From a bacterium (GTDB lineage: Bacteria > Sumerlaeota > Sumerlaeia > SLMS01): a stretch of 64,000 bases of DNA. Below the pieces are notes generated by a model that did not search any database, was not told the DNA's origin, and worked only from the letters and a program-made list of their open reading frames with translations. The translations under genes and the position numbers were made by a program. The stretch lies in assembly GCA_016125005.1 (NCBI GenBank), contig WGMQ01000021.1, positions 8,312-72,311 of the forward strand. The letters are read 5' to 3'. This document shows positions 47,986 through 57,872 of the stretch, one piece after another; position 1 is the stretch's first letter; every line of letters begins with the position of its first letter.

Positions 47986-50754
47986 ATGAAACTTAAGAGC
48001 ATCCTGAAGACACTTTCCGTTTCGCATCTCCAGGCGATACAGGACTACTGGACCATCTCTCCGGTCGATCTGTCCGAGGCCTCGAACGACGAGGAGAAGC
48101 AGGGGCTACTCATCGCCAACCTTTATCAGCGTCTCCAGAATCGTTCCCTCTGGGAGAAGGCCTTCGGCCAGCTCTCGCCCGAGCAGGTGAATCTGGTCAA
48201 CTTTCTGGCGATCCACGGCGGCGATCTTGAGAAAAGCGAAGTTGCAACCCGCTTTGCGGAGGGGAACGTCGAGCTGTTGGATGCGATGGTCACGGACCTC
48301 GCCAACAAGGGCATCGTGTTCTATGACTCGGTCCCCGACATTTCCGAGGAGCTGACGCTGGTCGGCATCCCCGAGCCCTTCCTGCGGTACATCGACCTCC
48401 CCAGCTTCTGGGAGGGCTACCTCGGCAACTTCCTGAAGGAACACTCGAACAACGAGCTGAAGCACATGGCCACGCAGGGCCTGCGCCTTCAGCCCGAGAG
48501 CGCCTGCAAGAACTACCTGATCTGGCTCATCCGCAAGCACCTGCTCGACCCGAAGTTCCTGCGTCGCTATGTGGAGCGGATGCCCCCCGGGCCCCTGTCG
48601 GTCTTCCAGCTCATGCAGGAGAAGAAGGGGGTCTGCGTCTATCGCGACCTGCTGGAACTGAACGTGCAGCGTCGCTACGATCATTCGCGCGGCGATGCGA
48701 TCCAGTGGCTGCTGAACACGAGCGGTCTCGTCATCACCGCGGTCGCGGGCGGCAACAAGTACAACAACCTGCTGATGATTCCGCGCGACCTGGTCTATAT
48801 CATTTCGCAAAACTATCTGCCCGACGAACGCACCTTCCTGCAGCTCGACTCGATCTCGGTCGTCACGCGCGAGAACACCCCGTCCGTCATTATCGACAAC
48901 AGCAACACGATCCTCCGCGATCTCGTGTCCTTCTGCAATTTCGTGGACCGCTACCCGGTCAAGGTGTTGGCCACGGGCGGTATTGGGAAGAACGACCTAA
49001 AGAAGGTCCTCCCGGTCCTGAGCCGCTTCAAGTCGCTCAAGTACGCGGAGTTCCTGTCGCTCTTCGCGATCCAGAAGAAGTTTCTGGTTTCGACCGGTGA
49101 TTCCTACCGCGTCTCCGCTGCCTTCCTTTCGTGGCTGGAAAACGCCCAGCAGGCCTATGCGGACCTGATTTCCTGGTGGCTCAAGACCCCCGAGTGGAAC
49201 GAGGAGTTCATCGAGGGGAACACGATCCACGTCGAGCCTCCGCCGCAAGGCCTTACCTCGATTGTGCAGTTCCGCCGCACGGTCCTCGAAGCACTGAACG
49301 AGATGCCGCGCGACCGCTGGGTCGTCTACCAGGGCTTCCTTGAGGAAGGGCTCCCGATGGTGGAGCAGGAGATCCCCGGCCGCAGCGAGCCGCTCAGCTA
49401 CGACAAGCACACCCGCAGCAACGAGGTCGTGGTCGAGTCCATCGTGGCGGAGTGCCTGAACTGGCTGGGTATCCTGACGCTGGGCCTCCAAAGCGAGAAG
49501 GACGCCGAGGGAATCGGCATGCGCCAAGGGGATGGCAAGACCATGAAGGCACGCGGCGGCAGCCGCGGGCGCCCCCGCAAGCAGCATGAGATCGAGTTCG
49601 CCTTCCGTTTCACCGACCTGGGCCGCTTCGTGTTCAACGTCCATCCGGAACACTGGGTGGAGGTCTTCCGCAGCTCCGACGAAAACGTCGTGATGCCGCT
49701 GGCCTACGACGTGAACCATTTCATCGTCCAGCCGACGCACGAGATCATCGTTCCGCCGGACCTGAACCTGCGCACCTTCTATCACCTGAACGAAATCGCC
49801 GCCGTGCGGTCGATCGACGTGATGTCGGTCATGACGATCACGCGCGAGAGCCTGCGCGAGGGCCTCGACCGTGGCCTGCGCGGGGAGGAAATCCTCGAGT
49901 TCCTCAAGAAGAACTCCCGGACGCCGCTCCCCGAGTCCCTGATCCAGCTCATCAAGGACTGCTCGGACAAGCACGGCGAAGTGAACATGGGCTACGCGGG
50001 CGGCTATATCGTGATCGACGATCGCGCCCTTCTGGAGCAGGTCCGCATCAACAAGCGGATCGGCCCCTCCATCAAGGATGTGATCGACAACCGAATCGTC
50101 CTGCTGAACGCCGATGTGGACGTGAAGCGGCTGGCACGCGAACTCCAGAAGCTCGGGTTCATGCCACGACTTGGCAGCGAACATGTGCACCTGAAGGACG
50201 ATGACATGTACCACCTCTCGCTGACGCGCGAGGACATGTACACGCTCATCGCCGCAGTGCGCTATGGCCTCGGGTGCCGCGACCAGCGCGGGCACTTCGT
50301 GGCGGAGGAACGCCTCAACCCGCTGCTCGAACGCCTCAAGCCGGATCCGCGCACGTTCATCTCGCTCAACGAACTGGCGGAACCGCTCGTTCGTACCTGG
50401 ACCAAGAGTGCCGAGGCGGCCATCGAGGCCCAGCTTGAGGAGGTGAAGGAGCAGTACCAGAGCCAGCTCACCCGCATCGTCTCGCACGCGGTGCCGCGAG
50501 GGATCTCGAAGCATAACTTCGACGGCCCCAACCCGGCTACCGAACCGGACGACGTGGAGAAGCTGCTGGACTTCGCCGTCGAGAACGAGTTCGAGGTCGA
50601 GATCAAGTACGTGAAAAGCAACCGCGAGGAGGTCACGGAAGTCGTGGCCCCCGAAAGCGTCGAACGCGACCGCCTGTTGGGCCGCTGCCGCTCGCGCGAA
50701 AACAGCTTCGCCGTCTACAAGATCGACCGCATCGTGGAGGCACGGCTGGTGTAG
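47986..50754 (+). CDS. large (922 aa) XPB-associated protein with C-terminal WYL-like domain
   Basis: 56 nt downstream of the XPB gene. No enzymatic motif recognised in the first 850 aa; the last 70 aa (EVEIKYVKSNREEVTEVVAPESVERDRLLGRCRSRENSFAVYKIDRIVEARL) match the WYL pattern (…IxY…R.V.P…L.G.C…R.F+xDRI). Confidence 0.55.
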   Translation: MKLKSILKTLSVSHLQAIQDYWTISPVDLSEASNDEEKQGLLIANLYQRLQNRSLWEKAFGQLSPEQVNLVNFLAIHGGDLEKSEVATRFAEGNVELLDAMVTDLANKGIVFYDSVPDISEELTLVGIPEPFLRYIDLPSFWEGYLGNFLKEHSNNELKHMATQGLRLQPESACKNYLIWLIRKHLLDPKFLRRYVERMPPGPLSVFQLMQEKKGVCVYRDLLELNVQRRYDHSRGDAIQWLLNTSGLVITAVAGGNKYNNLLMIPRDLVYIISQNYLPDERTFLQLDSISVVTRENTPSVIIDNSNTILRDLVSFCNFVDRYPVKVLATGGIGKNDLKKVLPVLSRFKSLKYAEFLSLFAIQKKFLVSTGDSYRVSAAFLSWLENAQQAYADLISWWLKTPEWNEEFIEGNTIHVEPPPQGLTSIVQFRRTVLEALNEMPRDRWVVYQGFLEEGLPMVEQEIPGRSEPLSYDKHTRSNEVVVESIVAECLNWLGILTLGLQSEKDAEGIGMRQGDGKTMKARGGSRGRPRKQHEIEFAFRFTDLGRFVFNVHPEHWVEVFRSSDENVVMPLAYDVNHFIVQPTHEIIVPPDLNLRTFYHLNEIAAVRSIDVMSVMTITRESLREGLDRGLRGEEILEFLKKNSRTPLPESLIQLIKDCSDKHGEVNMGYAGGYIVIDDRALLEQVRINKRIGPSIKDVIDNRIVLLNADVDVKRLARELQKLGFMPRLGSEHVHLKDDDMYHLSLTREDMYTLIAAVRYGLGCRDQRGHFVAEERLNPLLERLKPDPRTFISLNELAEPLVRTWTKSAEAAIEAQLEEVKEQYQSQLTRIVSHAVPRGISKHNFDGPNPATEPDDVEKLLDFAVENEFEVEIKYVKSNREEVTEVVAPESVERDRLLGRCRSRENSFAVYKIDRIVEARLV

Positions 50755-51046
50755 GGGCGAAAGCCCTCGGCACAGCTCTGGCTGCTCTTTGTGCATTCTC
50801 CTTCTCAAGGATGAAATGGGACACCCAGTTGGACGGCGCGAGGCCGGTGTAAGTTGCGCGAACGTAGGCGCAGGGATACTGAAATCCTTGCCAGGTCCAG
50901 CCAGTACGTTCCATCCTTGATTTGGGAGTCGGGCACAGGCCCGGTGTGTGGTGGCGGGGGACCTTTCCCGTTGACCAGATTGCACTCGGCATGATGCCCT
51001 CCCGGCCTGTCTGCCAAGGGCCAGCAAACCTGCATGGAGTGACCCC

Positions 51047-52852
51047 GTGAGAACACGCGTTGCGATGGTAACAACCTTCAATCCAGGAGCCGCAGGCCCC
51101 CGGTATGTGGCAGGGCACCTGAATGAGCACGGACATGACGTGAAGTTCTTCCACGTCAAGGAGTTGCGCGCCGTCGCAATCCCCACGACCGACTTCGAGA
51201 AGCACGAGGCCCTCAACCGCTTCTCGAATGACGTTCAGTTCATCGCCATCCAGCACCCGGGCGAGGTCCTCTACGTCCCCTATCCCACGGCGATCACCGA
51301 CAAGGAAATCCAGCTTTTCGTCGACGAGCTGAAGGCCTACGATCCGCATATCGTCGGCATCTCGATGTTCAGCGTGACGGTGAACATCGCCCGTCGCCTG
51401 ACCAAGCTGATCCACGAGCAGATCCCCGGCCTCCCGGTCATCTGGGGCGGCATCCACTGCATGGTCCACCCCGAAACCTGCCTTGAGGGCCTGCGCCCGA
51501 ACCCGATTAGCGGCGAGACCAACCCGCTCCAGGTTCCCGACATCGTGTGCGTCACCGAGGGCGAGTACCCGATGACGGAACTGATGAACCGCTGGGACGA
51601 GTTTACCGCGGGGAACGTCCCCGACGTGGCCGGTCTCTGGTTCGTGAAGGGTGGTGAGGTCACCAAGTTCAACAAGAAGCCCTTTGAGCCGAACCTGGAC
51701 AACTACGCTCTGCCTGTCTACGCCCAGAAGGAAGTCCTCATCGACGACGACAAGGTCGATAACAAGTTCGAGGACCCCAAGGGCTTCATCCAGCACCACA
51801 TCTACGTCTTCACCGAGCGCGGCTGCCCGTATTCCTGCTCCTTCTGCATTCACTCGACCATCAACAAGATGGACGAGGGCTACTCCCGCATTCGTCGCCG
51901 CTCGGTCGCCCACGTCATGGGCGAGATCGAGAAGCGCATCGAGGAAAACGACCTCAAGCACTTCATCCTCCACGACGAAATCTTCGCGATCCAGAAGAAG
52001 TGGATCATGGAGTTCGCCGACGAATGGGAGAAGCGCTTCACGAAGCACGGCATCACCTTCACCGGCTATGTGCACCCGATCGCCACCGACGAGGAAATGG
52101 TCGATCGTCTGTTCGAGGTTGGTATGTCGCGTACTGGCATCGCGATCCAGACCGGCAGCGTCCGTACCTCGAAGCTGATGTATGATCGTCCGCTTCACCG
52201 CGAGAAGATCATCCGCATGTCGGAGTACGTTGCGAAGCACAAGTTCGACCTAGTTCAGGTCGAAGTCATTACCGACTCGGCCTACGAGTTGGATGAGGAT
52301 CGTCGCGATACGCTGAATCTGCTCCTCGACATGAAGCCGACCTTCTATGTGGAGACCTTCGGCCTCCAGACCTACTCGACCTCCGAGCTGGCCAACAAGA
52401 AGCGTCTGATGGAAGAAGTGCCGTGGAACGAGCGCCTGTTCTGGAACATGCTCTTCCACCTGACCGGCAACACCTACGTCACTCGTGACACGATCGTCGG
52501 CCTGAGCAACGACCCGCACCTGCGCGAGAACCCGCTGCTTCTCGAGCAGCTCGTGATCGACCTCAAGGCCCAGTACTACCGCTCCCTCAAGGGCCAGCTC
52601 CGTTACGACGACGAGAAGAACCTCGTCACCGCGGACAAGGCCGCCAAGGAGCAGTACGACCCGCGCAAGGAGGCGATCCTTGAGATGCGCCGCCGCTCGC
52701 AGGCCTACAACGGCGCCGAGGGAAGCCTCGAGGAAGAGAACGCACGCCGTGGCGTCACGAACCCCGTCGGCCAGATCGGCGAGGGCGAGTTTTCCGGCTA
52801 CCGCTTCAAGCGTCTCTTCAAGGAGAGCATCAAGAAGCTCCTCAACCGCTGA
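51047..52852 (+). CDS. B12-binding domain radical SAM protein (class B radical SAM)
   Basis: N-terminal cobalamin-binding Rossmann-like region, then the CxxxCxxC radical SAM motif (ERGCPYSCSFC); 601 aa. Confidence 0.8.
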   Translation: MRTRVAMVTTFNPGAAGPRYVAGHLNEHGHDVKFFHVKELRAVAIPTTDFEKHEALNRFSNDVQFIAIQHPGEVLYVPYPTAITDKEIQLFVDELKAYDPHIVGISMFSVTVNIARRLTKLIHEQIPGLPVIWGGIHCMVHPETCLEGLRPNPISGETNPLQVPDIVCVTEGEYPMTELMNRWDEFTAGNVPDVAGLWFVKGGEVTKFNKKPFEPNLDNYALPVYAQKEVLIDDDKVDNKFEDPKGFIQHHIYVFTERGCPYSCSFCIHSTINKMDEGYSRIRRRSVAHVMGEIEKRIEENDLKHFILHDEIFAIQKKWIMEFADEWEKRFTKHGITFTGYVHPIATDEEMVDRLFEVGMSRTGIAIQTGSVRTSKLMYDRPLHREKIIRMSEYVAKHKFDLVQVEVITDSAYELDEDRRDTLNLLLDMKPTFYVETFGLQTYSTSELANKKRLMEEVPWNERLFWNMLFHLTGNTYVTRDTIVGLSNDPHLRENPLLLEQLVIDLKAQYYRSLKGQLRYDDEKNLVTADKAAKEQYDPRKEAILEMRRRSQAYNGAEGSLEEENARRGVTNPVGQIGEGEFSGYRFKRLFKESIKKLLNR

Positions 52853-52882
52853 CAAGCGACTCAGTCCCCCAGATAAACCAAT

Positions 52883-52913
52883 CCCCCGCCAGCGATGGCG
52901 GGGGATTTTTTCG
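52883..52913 (+). terminator. rho-independent terminator after the radical SAM gene (possibly bidirectional)
   Basis: CCCCCGCC-agcgat-GGCGGGGG stem followed by ATTTTTTCG; a GTCTATAC motif copy follows immediately. Confidence 0.75.
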
Positions 52914-52931
52914 TCTATACAGGCAACAGCT

Positions 52932-53714
52932 TCAGCGCGTTCCACGCCACCGAAGCGTCAGCAGGTTGCCGATCCCGGTGATGAGCGCAAACATGGCGAG
53001 GCCCAGCAGCGTTGAGGAAATCACCGCCGCGAAGAGGTAGGACGTCTTGAGCGTCGCATTCGCGAAATAGATCAGATAGCCGAGGCCGAACTTGTTGCCG
53101 CCGAAACCGGCAAAGAACTCGCCGACGATGACGCCGATGACTGAAAGCCCGCTGGAGATTCGCGCCCCGGCGACGATGTAGGGAACGGCACCCGGGAGTT
53201 GCAGCTTCAGCAGCCGTTGGAGTCTGGTCGCGTTGTTCACCTCGAACAGTTCCACCATGTTCGGGTCCAGTGTTGTCAGACCCGTTGTCGTGTTGGTGAT
53301 GATTGGAAAAAGGCTCACGATGAAGGATATAATGACGATGCTTTGGAAGCCGTGGCCGAACCAGAGGATGATGAGCGGCGCGATGGCGACGATGGGTACC
53401 GTCTGGAGAAAAATCGCGTAGGGATAGCCGGCCCGCTGGATCAGCCGCGATTGGGAGAAGACGAAGGCGATCAGGATTCCGACGACAAGGCTGGCCAGAA
53501 GGCCCAGCAGGGCAGCCTTGCCGGTGAGGAGTGCACCGCTCCAGAGAGCGGCCCGGTTTTCCTTGGCAACGTTGAGCACCGCAACCGGCGTCGGCACCAG
53601 ATAGGGTGGCAGCTCCCAGTAAACCACGGCGCCATTCCATGCAATGACGACGAGTGCGAACAGCACGAGCGGTGGAAGAAAGAGGGCCAGGGCGCGATGC
53701 AGGAGCGGATTCAT
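52932..53714 (-). CDS. ABC transporter permease, nitrate/sulfonate/taurine (NitT/TauT) family
   Basis: 260 aa, six TM helices, EAA-like loop; SsuC/TauC-like. Confidence 0.8.
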   Translation of the reverse strand: MNPLLHRALALFLPPLVLFALVVIAWNGAVVYWELPPYLVPTPVAVLNVAKENRAALWSGALLTGKAALLGLLASLVVGILIAFVFSQSRLIQRAGYPYAIFLQTVPIVAIAPLIILWFGHGFQSIVIISFIVSLFPIITNTTTGLTTLDPNMVELFEVNNATRLQRLLKLQLPGAVPYIVAGARISSGLSVIGVIVGEFFAGFGGNKFGLGYLIYFANATLKTSYLFAAVISSTLLGLAMFALITGIGNLLTLRWRGTR

Positions 53715-54499
53715 CGGAAGGACTCCCGCAAGGTCCGGCTAACATCGCCGGTGAGTCGTGCAAAGTCCGGCTCCGCCCGCAGCTCGGCGTTGCGGGGGAA
53801 GCTGAAAGGGACCGGTACCTCGGCGAGGACGCGCCCGGGGCGGGCACTCATGACGACGACCCGTTGGCTGAGGAAGACCGCCTCCGAGACGTTGTGAGTG
53901 ACGAAGATGGCCGTGAAGCGATCCCGGCCCCATAGTGCGAGCAGTTCCTCGTTGAGTCGCTGGCGTGTGATGTCGTCGAGGGCGGCAAAGGGCTCGTCGA
54001 GGATGAGCAGACTCGGCCGGGTCACGAGCGCCCGGGCGAGCGACACCCTCATCTGCATTCCGCCGGATAGCTGGGCGGGATAAAACCGCGCGAAATCACG
54101 AAGTCCCACTAGGTCGATGACCTCGGCGACACGACGGCGGCCTTCGTCGCCGACCCGCCCGCGCAGTTCCAGAGGCAACCGGACGTTCTTTTCCACGGAT
54201 CGCCAAGGGAGCAGGGTGGGCTGCTGGAAGACGAAGCTAATGTCGCGACGGGTTTGCCGACCGGCGAGCTTGGTGTCTCCGCCGATGTGGACAGAACCGC
54301 TTGTTGGCCGCAGGAGCCCCGCAACGAGCCGGAGCATGGTGCTTTTGCCGCAGCCGGATGGTCCGACTACCGAGAGAAACTCCCCATCGCCCACGCGCAG
54401 ATTGAGGTCGTGCAGAGCCTCTACGCCCCGGTCGAAACGGAGGGAGACCTGCTCGAGCGTCACGGAAGTCTGGCGGGCGGAATCGGGGGGAAATGACAT
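53711..54499 (-). CDS. ABC transporter ATP-binding protein (SsuB/TauB-like)
   Basis: Walker A GPSGCGKST, signature LSGGMQMR, Walker B LILDEPF; overlaps the permease start. Confidence 0.85.
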   Translation of the reverse strand: MSFPPDSARQTSVTLEQVSLRFDRGVEALHDLNLRVGDGEFLSVVGPSGCGKSTMLRLVAGLLRPTSGSVHIGGDTKLAGRQTRRDISFVFQQPTLLPWRSVEKNVRLPLELRGRVGDEGRRRVAEVIDLVGLRDFARFYPAQLSGGMQMRVSLARALVTRPSLLILDEPFAALDDITRQRLNEELLALWGRDRFTAIFVTHNVSEAVFLSQRVVVMSARPGRVLAEVPVPFSFPRNAELRAEPDFARLTGDVSRTLRESFR

Positions 54500-54600
54500 G
54501 AGGGGAGTGGGAAGCAGGAACTCAGCCAGTCTACTTCACGAAGAAACCCCCGCGGCTTCGGTGCCGCGGGGGTTCGGTGTCGGTCGATTCGGGGTACAGC

Positions 54601-55359
54601 TTACTCGGAGGTCTTGGCGTCGGCGTCGAGCCCCGGAGTGTCCGCATTGACGCTGAGGTCAACGCTCAGGTTGTTGAGCTCAGCACGGCGGGTCAGTTCG
54701 CGAACAACCTGGAGCAGGTGGAGAAGCGCGGCCTCGTCGGCGCTGAGGTCCTCGCCAGCGACTAGTCGATCCATGATGTCGGCGATGTCGCTGAGCCCCT
54801 GGCCATAGGTGTCGACGTCCTCGCGGATTTCCTCCTCGGAGATCGACTCCTCGATGACCTTGTAGAGGGCGTCCTCGAACTCCTTGGTGCCTTCCTCGGT
54901 CTTCAGCTTGGCGGCGAATTCCTTGATATTGGTGCCGTACTTGGCAATCGTGTCGTCCACGCCCTTGTAGATCTCGTCCTCGTACTTCTGGAGGAGCTTG
55001 GCGGATTCGGTCTTGATGGATTCCTGGAGGGCCTTGCGACCGGCGGGAAGCTGCTCGTCGAGGGCCTTGGTGATCACGTCGTCGAGGATCTTGGGAGCCT
55101 CGCCCTTGATGTAGGCCTGGGCGCTTTCGTTCACGCCTTCAACCTGCTCCTTGATCTTGGAGCCAATGACGGAGGCGACGCCTTCAGGCTCGAGGGCGTC
55201 ACGGGTCAGACCGGACATGAAGCCGAAGTAACCGAGGAGCAACACGATGAAGACGATGCCAACAACAATGGTGACAACCTGAGAGCGACGGGCCTTGTCG
55301 GTCTGAGCGTCGATCTTGGCGGCGAGTGCCGCGATTTTCTGGGAAGTGGTATCAGCCAT
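54601..55359 (-). CDS. single-pass membrane protein with long acidic coiled-coil ectodomain (paralogue 2)
   Basis: N-terminal short basic region, one TM (VVTIVVGIVFIVLLLGYFGF), then Glu/Lys/Asp-rich helical sequence; start overlaps the upstream stop (TAATG). Confidence 0.5.
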   Translation of the reverse strand: MADTTSQKIAALAAKIDAQTDKARRSQVVTIVVGIVFIVLLLGYFGFMSGLTRDALEPEGVASVIGSKIKEQVEGVNESAQAYIKGEAPKILDDVITKALDEQLPAGRKALQESIKTESAKLLQKYEDEIYKGVDDTIAKYGTNIKEFAAKLKTEEGTKEFEDALYKVIEESISEEEIREDVDTYGQGLSDIADIMDRLVAGEDLSADEAALLHLLQVVRELTRRAELNNLSVDLSVNADTPGLDADAKTSE

Positions 55360-56153
55360 TACTGGTTAGCCCCCTTCTTGGGATCTTCGGAGACATGACG
55401 GAGGAACTCGCGGGACTCGGGGTTGAGGAAGTGACGCAGAGCAGTGGTGGCGTAGACACCAAGCGAGTTGGTCAGCTCTTCACGCAGGGCGAGGTCGTCC
55501 ATCTCCTCGATTTCCTTGGGAATCTCGAGCACGCCGAGGTTGTTTCCGATCCGGTTGACGGAGTCGATGTGGACCTTGAAGTGCGTGTTGAGGGAGCGCT
55601 CAACAGCCGAGTTCATGGCTGCGGCGGCGTTGGCCATGATCTTCTCGGCCTCCTCCTGGTCGCGCAGCTCGGGGGCCTCGTCCTTGAGCTTCTCGATGAT
55701 GGAGTTTTCGATGCGCACGCGGCGGGTCTCAAACTCGTTCGCGCCGAACTCGTGCATCTCGCTAAGGAACGCCTCAACCTCGTTGTAGCTCTTGGCGAGA
55801 ATTTCCTGCTCGCGCTCCTGATACTTCTTCATCGCCACGGACTGAAGCATGGGAATGGCTTCCTTGAGGAGAGCCTTGCCTTCTTCCTCCACGGCCGGGA
55901 CGACTGTGGCCTGAATTTCCTTCACCATCGCGTCCTGAAAGGTTGCCCGGTTCTGATAAGCGGTGTACACGGGGGACAGGATCATATACACGCCGACGAC
56001 GGCGGCCGCGGCCACCAAGATGCCAACTGCGCGGGTGACGTTTTTGGCGGTGGCGTTTGCTGCCATCGCGGCGTCGAGTTTGGCGTTGAGTTCGTCTATC
56101 CGTCGGGAAACGTCCTGCTGGTCACCCGACGAAACAGGTCCGTCTGCTGCCAT
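55359..56153 (-). CDS. single-pass membrane protein with long coiled-coil ectodomain (paralogue 1)
   Basis: Start moved to MAADGPVSSGDQQ (GGAGG Shine-Dalgarno 7 nt upstream); TM (AVGILVAAAAVVGVYMIL), then a helical Glu/Lys-rich domain; same architecture as the downstream gene. Confidence 0.5.
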   Translation of the reverse strand: MAADGPVSSGDQQDVSRRIDELNAKLDAAMAANATAKNVTRAVGILVAAAAVVGVYMILSPVYTAYQNRATFQDAMVKEIQATVVPAVEEEGKALLKEAIPMLQSVAMKKYQEREQEILAKSYNEVEAFLSEMHEFGANEFETRRVRIENSIIEKLKDEAPELRDQEEAEKIMANAAAAMNSAVERSLNTHFKVHIDSVNRIGNNLGVLEIPKEIEEMDDLALREELTNSLGVYATTALRHFLNPESREFLRHVSEDPKKGANQ

Positions 56154-56404
56154 GGAGAGACCTCCAGAGAGTGAAATTCCAACTAGTAAAACAGGCTTTG
56201 TACAGCTTGAGCAATGGCGTCGGGGCCACAAGGACAATCTGGCACAAGAGTTTGCCTCGGCAGTGCAAGTTGCAATGGTTGGGACATTGGTCGGTCCACA
56301 TTCACTGGGTGATTTCCGGGCGCCGGAATCCGCCTTGCCTTTGTTCTGCACTAACGGCCCAGTAGCGGGAGTCCAGCCTATCCTGCCGGAGAATTGCCAC
56401 AACG

Positions 56405-57367
56405 GTGCTTGAACCTCGCATTCTTGGCCTCGACCACAAGCCCGGTTGGGATCGCCTCTGGGGTCGCGCCGGTGAACCGCTGGGGCTTTCCTGGGCTTTC
56501 CCGGACCTGGTTGCGGGCTCCCTTGGTGCGGTTCGACGCATCGGCCTCTTCACAAGCGGTGGCGAGATGGTCGCCGGAACTCAGTTTGTGCTGCGCCGCC
56601 ACCGATGGATGACGCTTTGGGCACACGCCGCTCCAGCTCCCTGGGGAGGAATCCTTTGCGATCCCGAGTCCGCCCGTCAGGAGACTTTCCTCCGTGAAGT
56701 GGCGGCGGGGTTGGGCAAGGTCCTTTCGAGGGAGTCGTTGTGGGCACAGCTGATCCTCTCGCCCGAAGTGCGTGACGCGCGTCCGTTCCTCTGGGCGGAT
56801 CCTCACTGGTCGGCACGGGTCCATTACAACTACCTAAATCGGATCGATTCACCGACATCGCTTGAGGAAGGTGCCGAGGGATCGGTTCGCCGTCAGGCGC
56901 GCAAGGCTCGCGAGGCCGGGGTTGAGTTCCGCGAAGGCGCCGATCTGCTGCCTGCCTTTGCACGCCTCTTTGCGGGAACACGCCAGCGGCAGGGCTTCGC
57001 GCGCATTCTGGGGGACGAGGCATTGCGCCAGCTGGCGGATCCAACAACGGGCGGTTGGTTGGTCGGAGTGATGCGTGGAGAAGACATGCTGGCAGGCGCA
57101 GTCATCCGGACAGACCGCGAGCGCGCCTACTATCTTGTCGGCGCGAGTGAGTCCGCGCAGGACGACGGTTCGGGTGCGCCAACGCTGCTGCACATCGAGG
57201 CCACGCGGCGTCTGTTCGAGCGGCGCGGTGCGTTCGTTTGGGACTGGGTCGGGGCCAACACGCCCTCAGTGGCGCAGTTCAAGAAAAAGTTCCGGCCTGA
57301 GCTGGAAATGAGCCTTCGCGTGACGTGGCGAAGAGGCTTGGGCAACCTGATCAGGGTTGGTCGCTGA
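56405..57367 (+). CDS. GNAT-fold acetyltransferase (FemAB-like / Acetyltransf_6-like), putative
   Basis: 320 aa; the C-terminal half (…GEDMLAGAVIRTDRERAYYLVGASE…LLHIEATRRLFERRGAFVWDW…) resembles the FemAB-type GNAT core. GTG start uncertain. Confidence 0.4.
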   Translation: MLEPRILGLDHKPGWDRLWGRAGEPLGLSWAFPDLVAGSLGAVRRIGLFTSGGEMVAGTQFVLRRHRWMTLWAHAAPAPWGGILCDPESARQETFLREVAAGLGKVLSRESLWAQLILSPEVRDARPFLWADPHWSARVHYNYLNRIDSPTSLEEGAEGSVRRQARKAREAGVEFREGADLLPAFARLFAGTRQRQGFARILGDEALRQLADPTTGGWLVGVMRGEDMLAGAVIRTDRERAYYLVGASESAQDDGSGAPTLLHIEATRRLFERRGAFVWDWVGANTPSVAQFKKKFRPELEMSLRVTWRRGLGNLIRVGR

Positions 57368-57557
57368 GGGGGCCAAATCGAAATCAGCAACCGCCGGTGA
57401 CGAAATCGATCAAAAGGAGCGGGCACAGTTCTCGCCGATGAGGAGCTGAGGCGAAGAAATCGCCTTGCACTGCTGCCGCCCGCCCATAAGCTCCCGTCAC
57501 TCGCGTGGTTGGCACAGAAGGTCAATCACTCCCCTACCGATCCCGCTGGAGGTCTCC

Positions 57558-57791
57558 ATGGCAGACAAGGCCAACAAGTTCCCCGAAAACTCTCAGGGCA
57601 AATTCTACGTCGACGACCAGTGCATTGACTGCGACGCCTGCCGTGCAACCGCCCCAGACAACTTCACCCGTCATGACGAGAAGGGTTACTCCTACGTCAT
57701 GAAGCAGCCCGCCAACGACACCGAGTTCCAGCTCTGCGTCGACGCAATGGAAGGCTGCCCCGTGGAAGCCATTGGCAACGACGGCGCCTGA
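57558..57791 (+). CDS. single-cluster 4Fe-4S ferredoxin
   Basis: GGAGGTC Shine-Dalgarno, then MADKANKF...CIDCDAC...CP (C-x2-C-x2-C…CP), 77 aa. Confidence 0.8.
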   Translation: MADKANKFPENSQGKFYVDDQCIDCDACRATAPDNFTRHDEKGYSYVMKQPANDTEFQLCVDAMEGCPVEAIGNDGA

Positions 57792-57828
57792 TTCACAATA
57801 GCATCAGGAAACACAACGGGCGGCGCAT

Positions 57829-57872
57829 GGGTTTGATCCCCACGCGCCGCCGGTTTCTTTTTACTCGGTGCC
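57829..57872 (+). terminator. intrinsic terminator after the ferredoxin gene
   Basis: GGCGGCGC…(17-nt loop)…GCGCCGCC followed by GGTTTCTTTTT. Confidence 0.5.
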
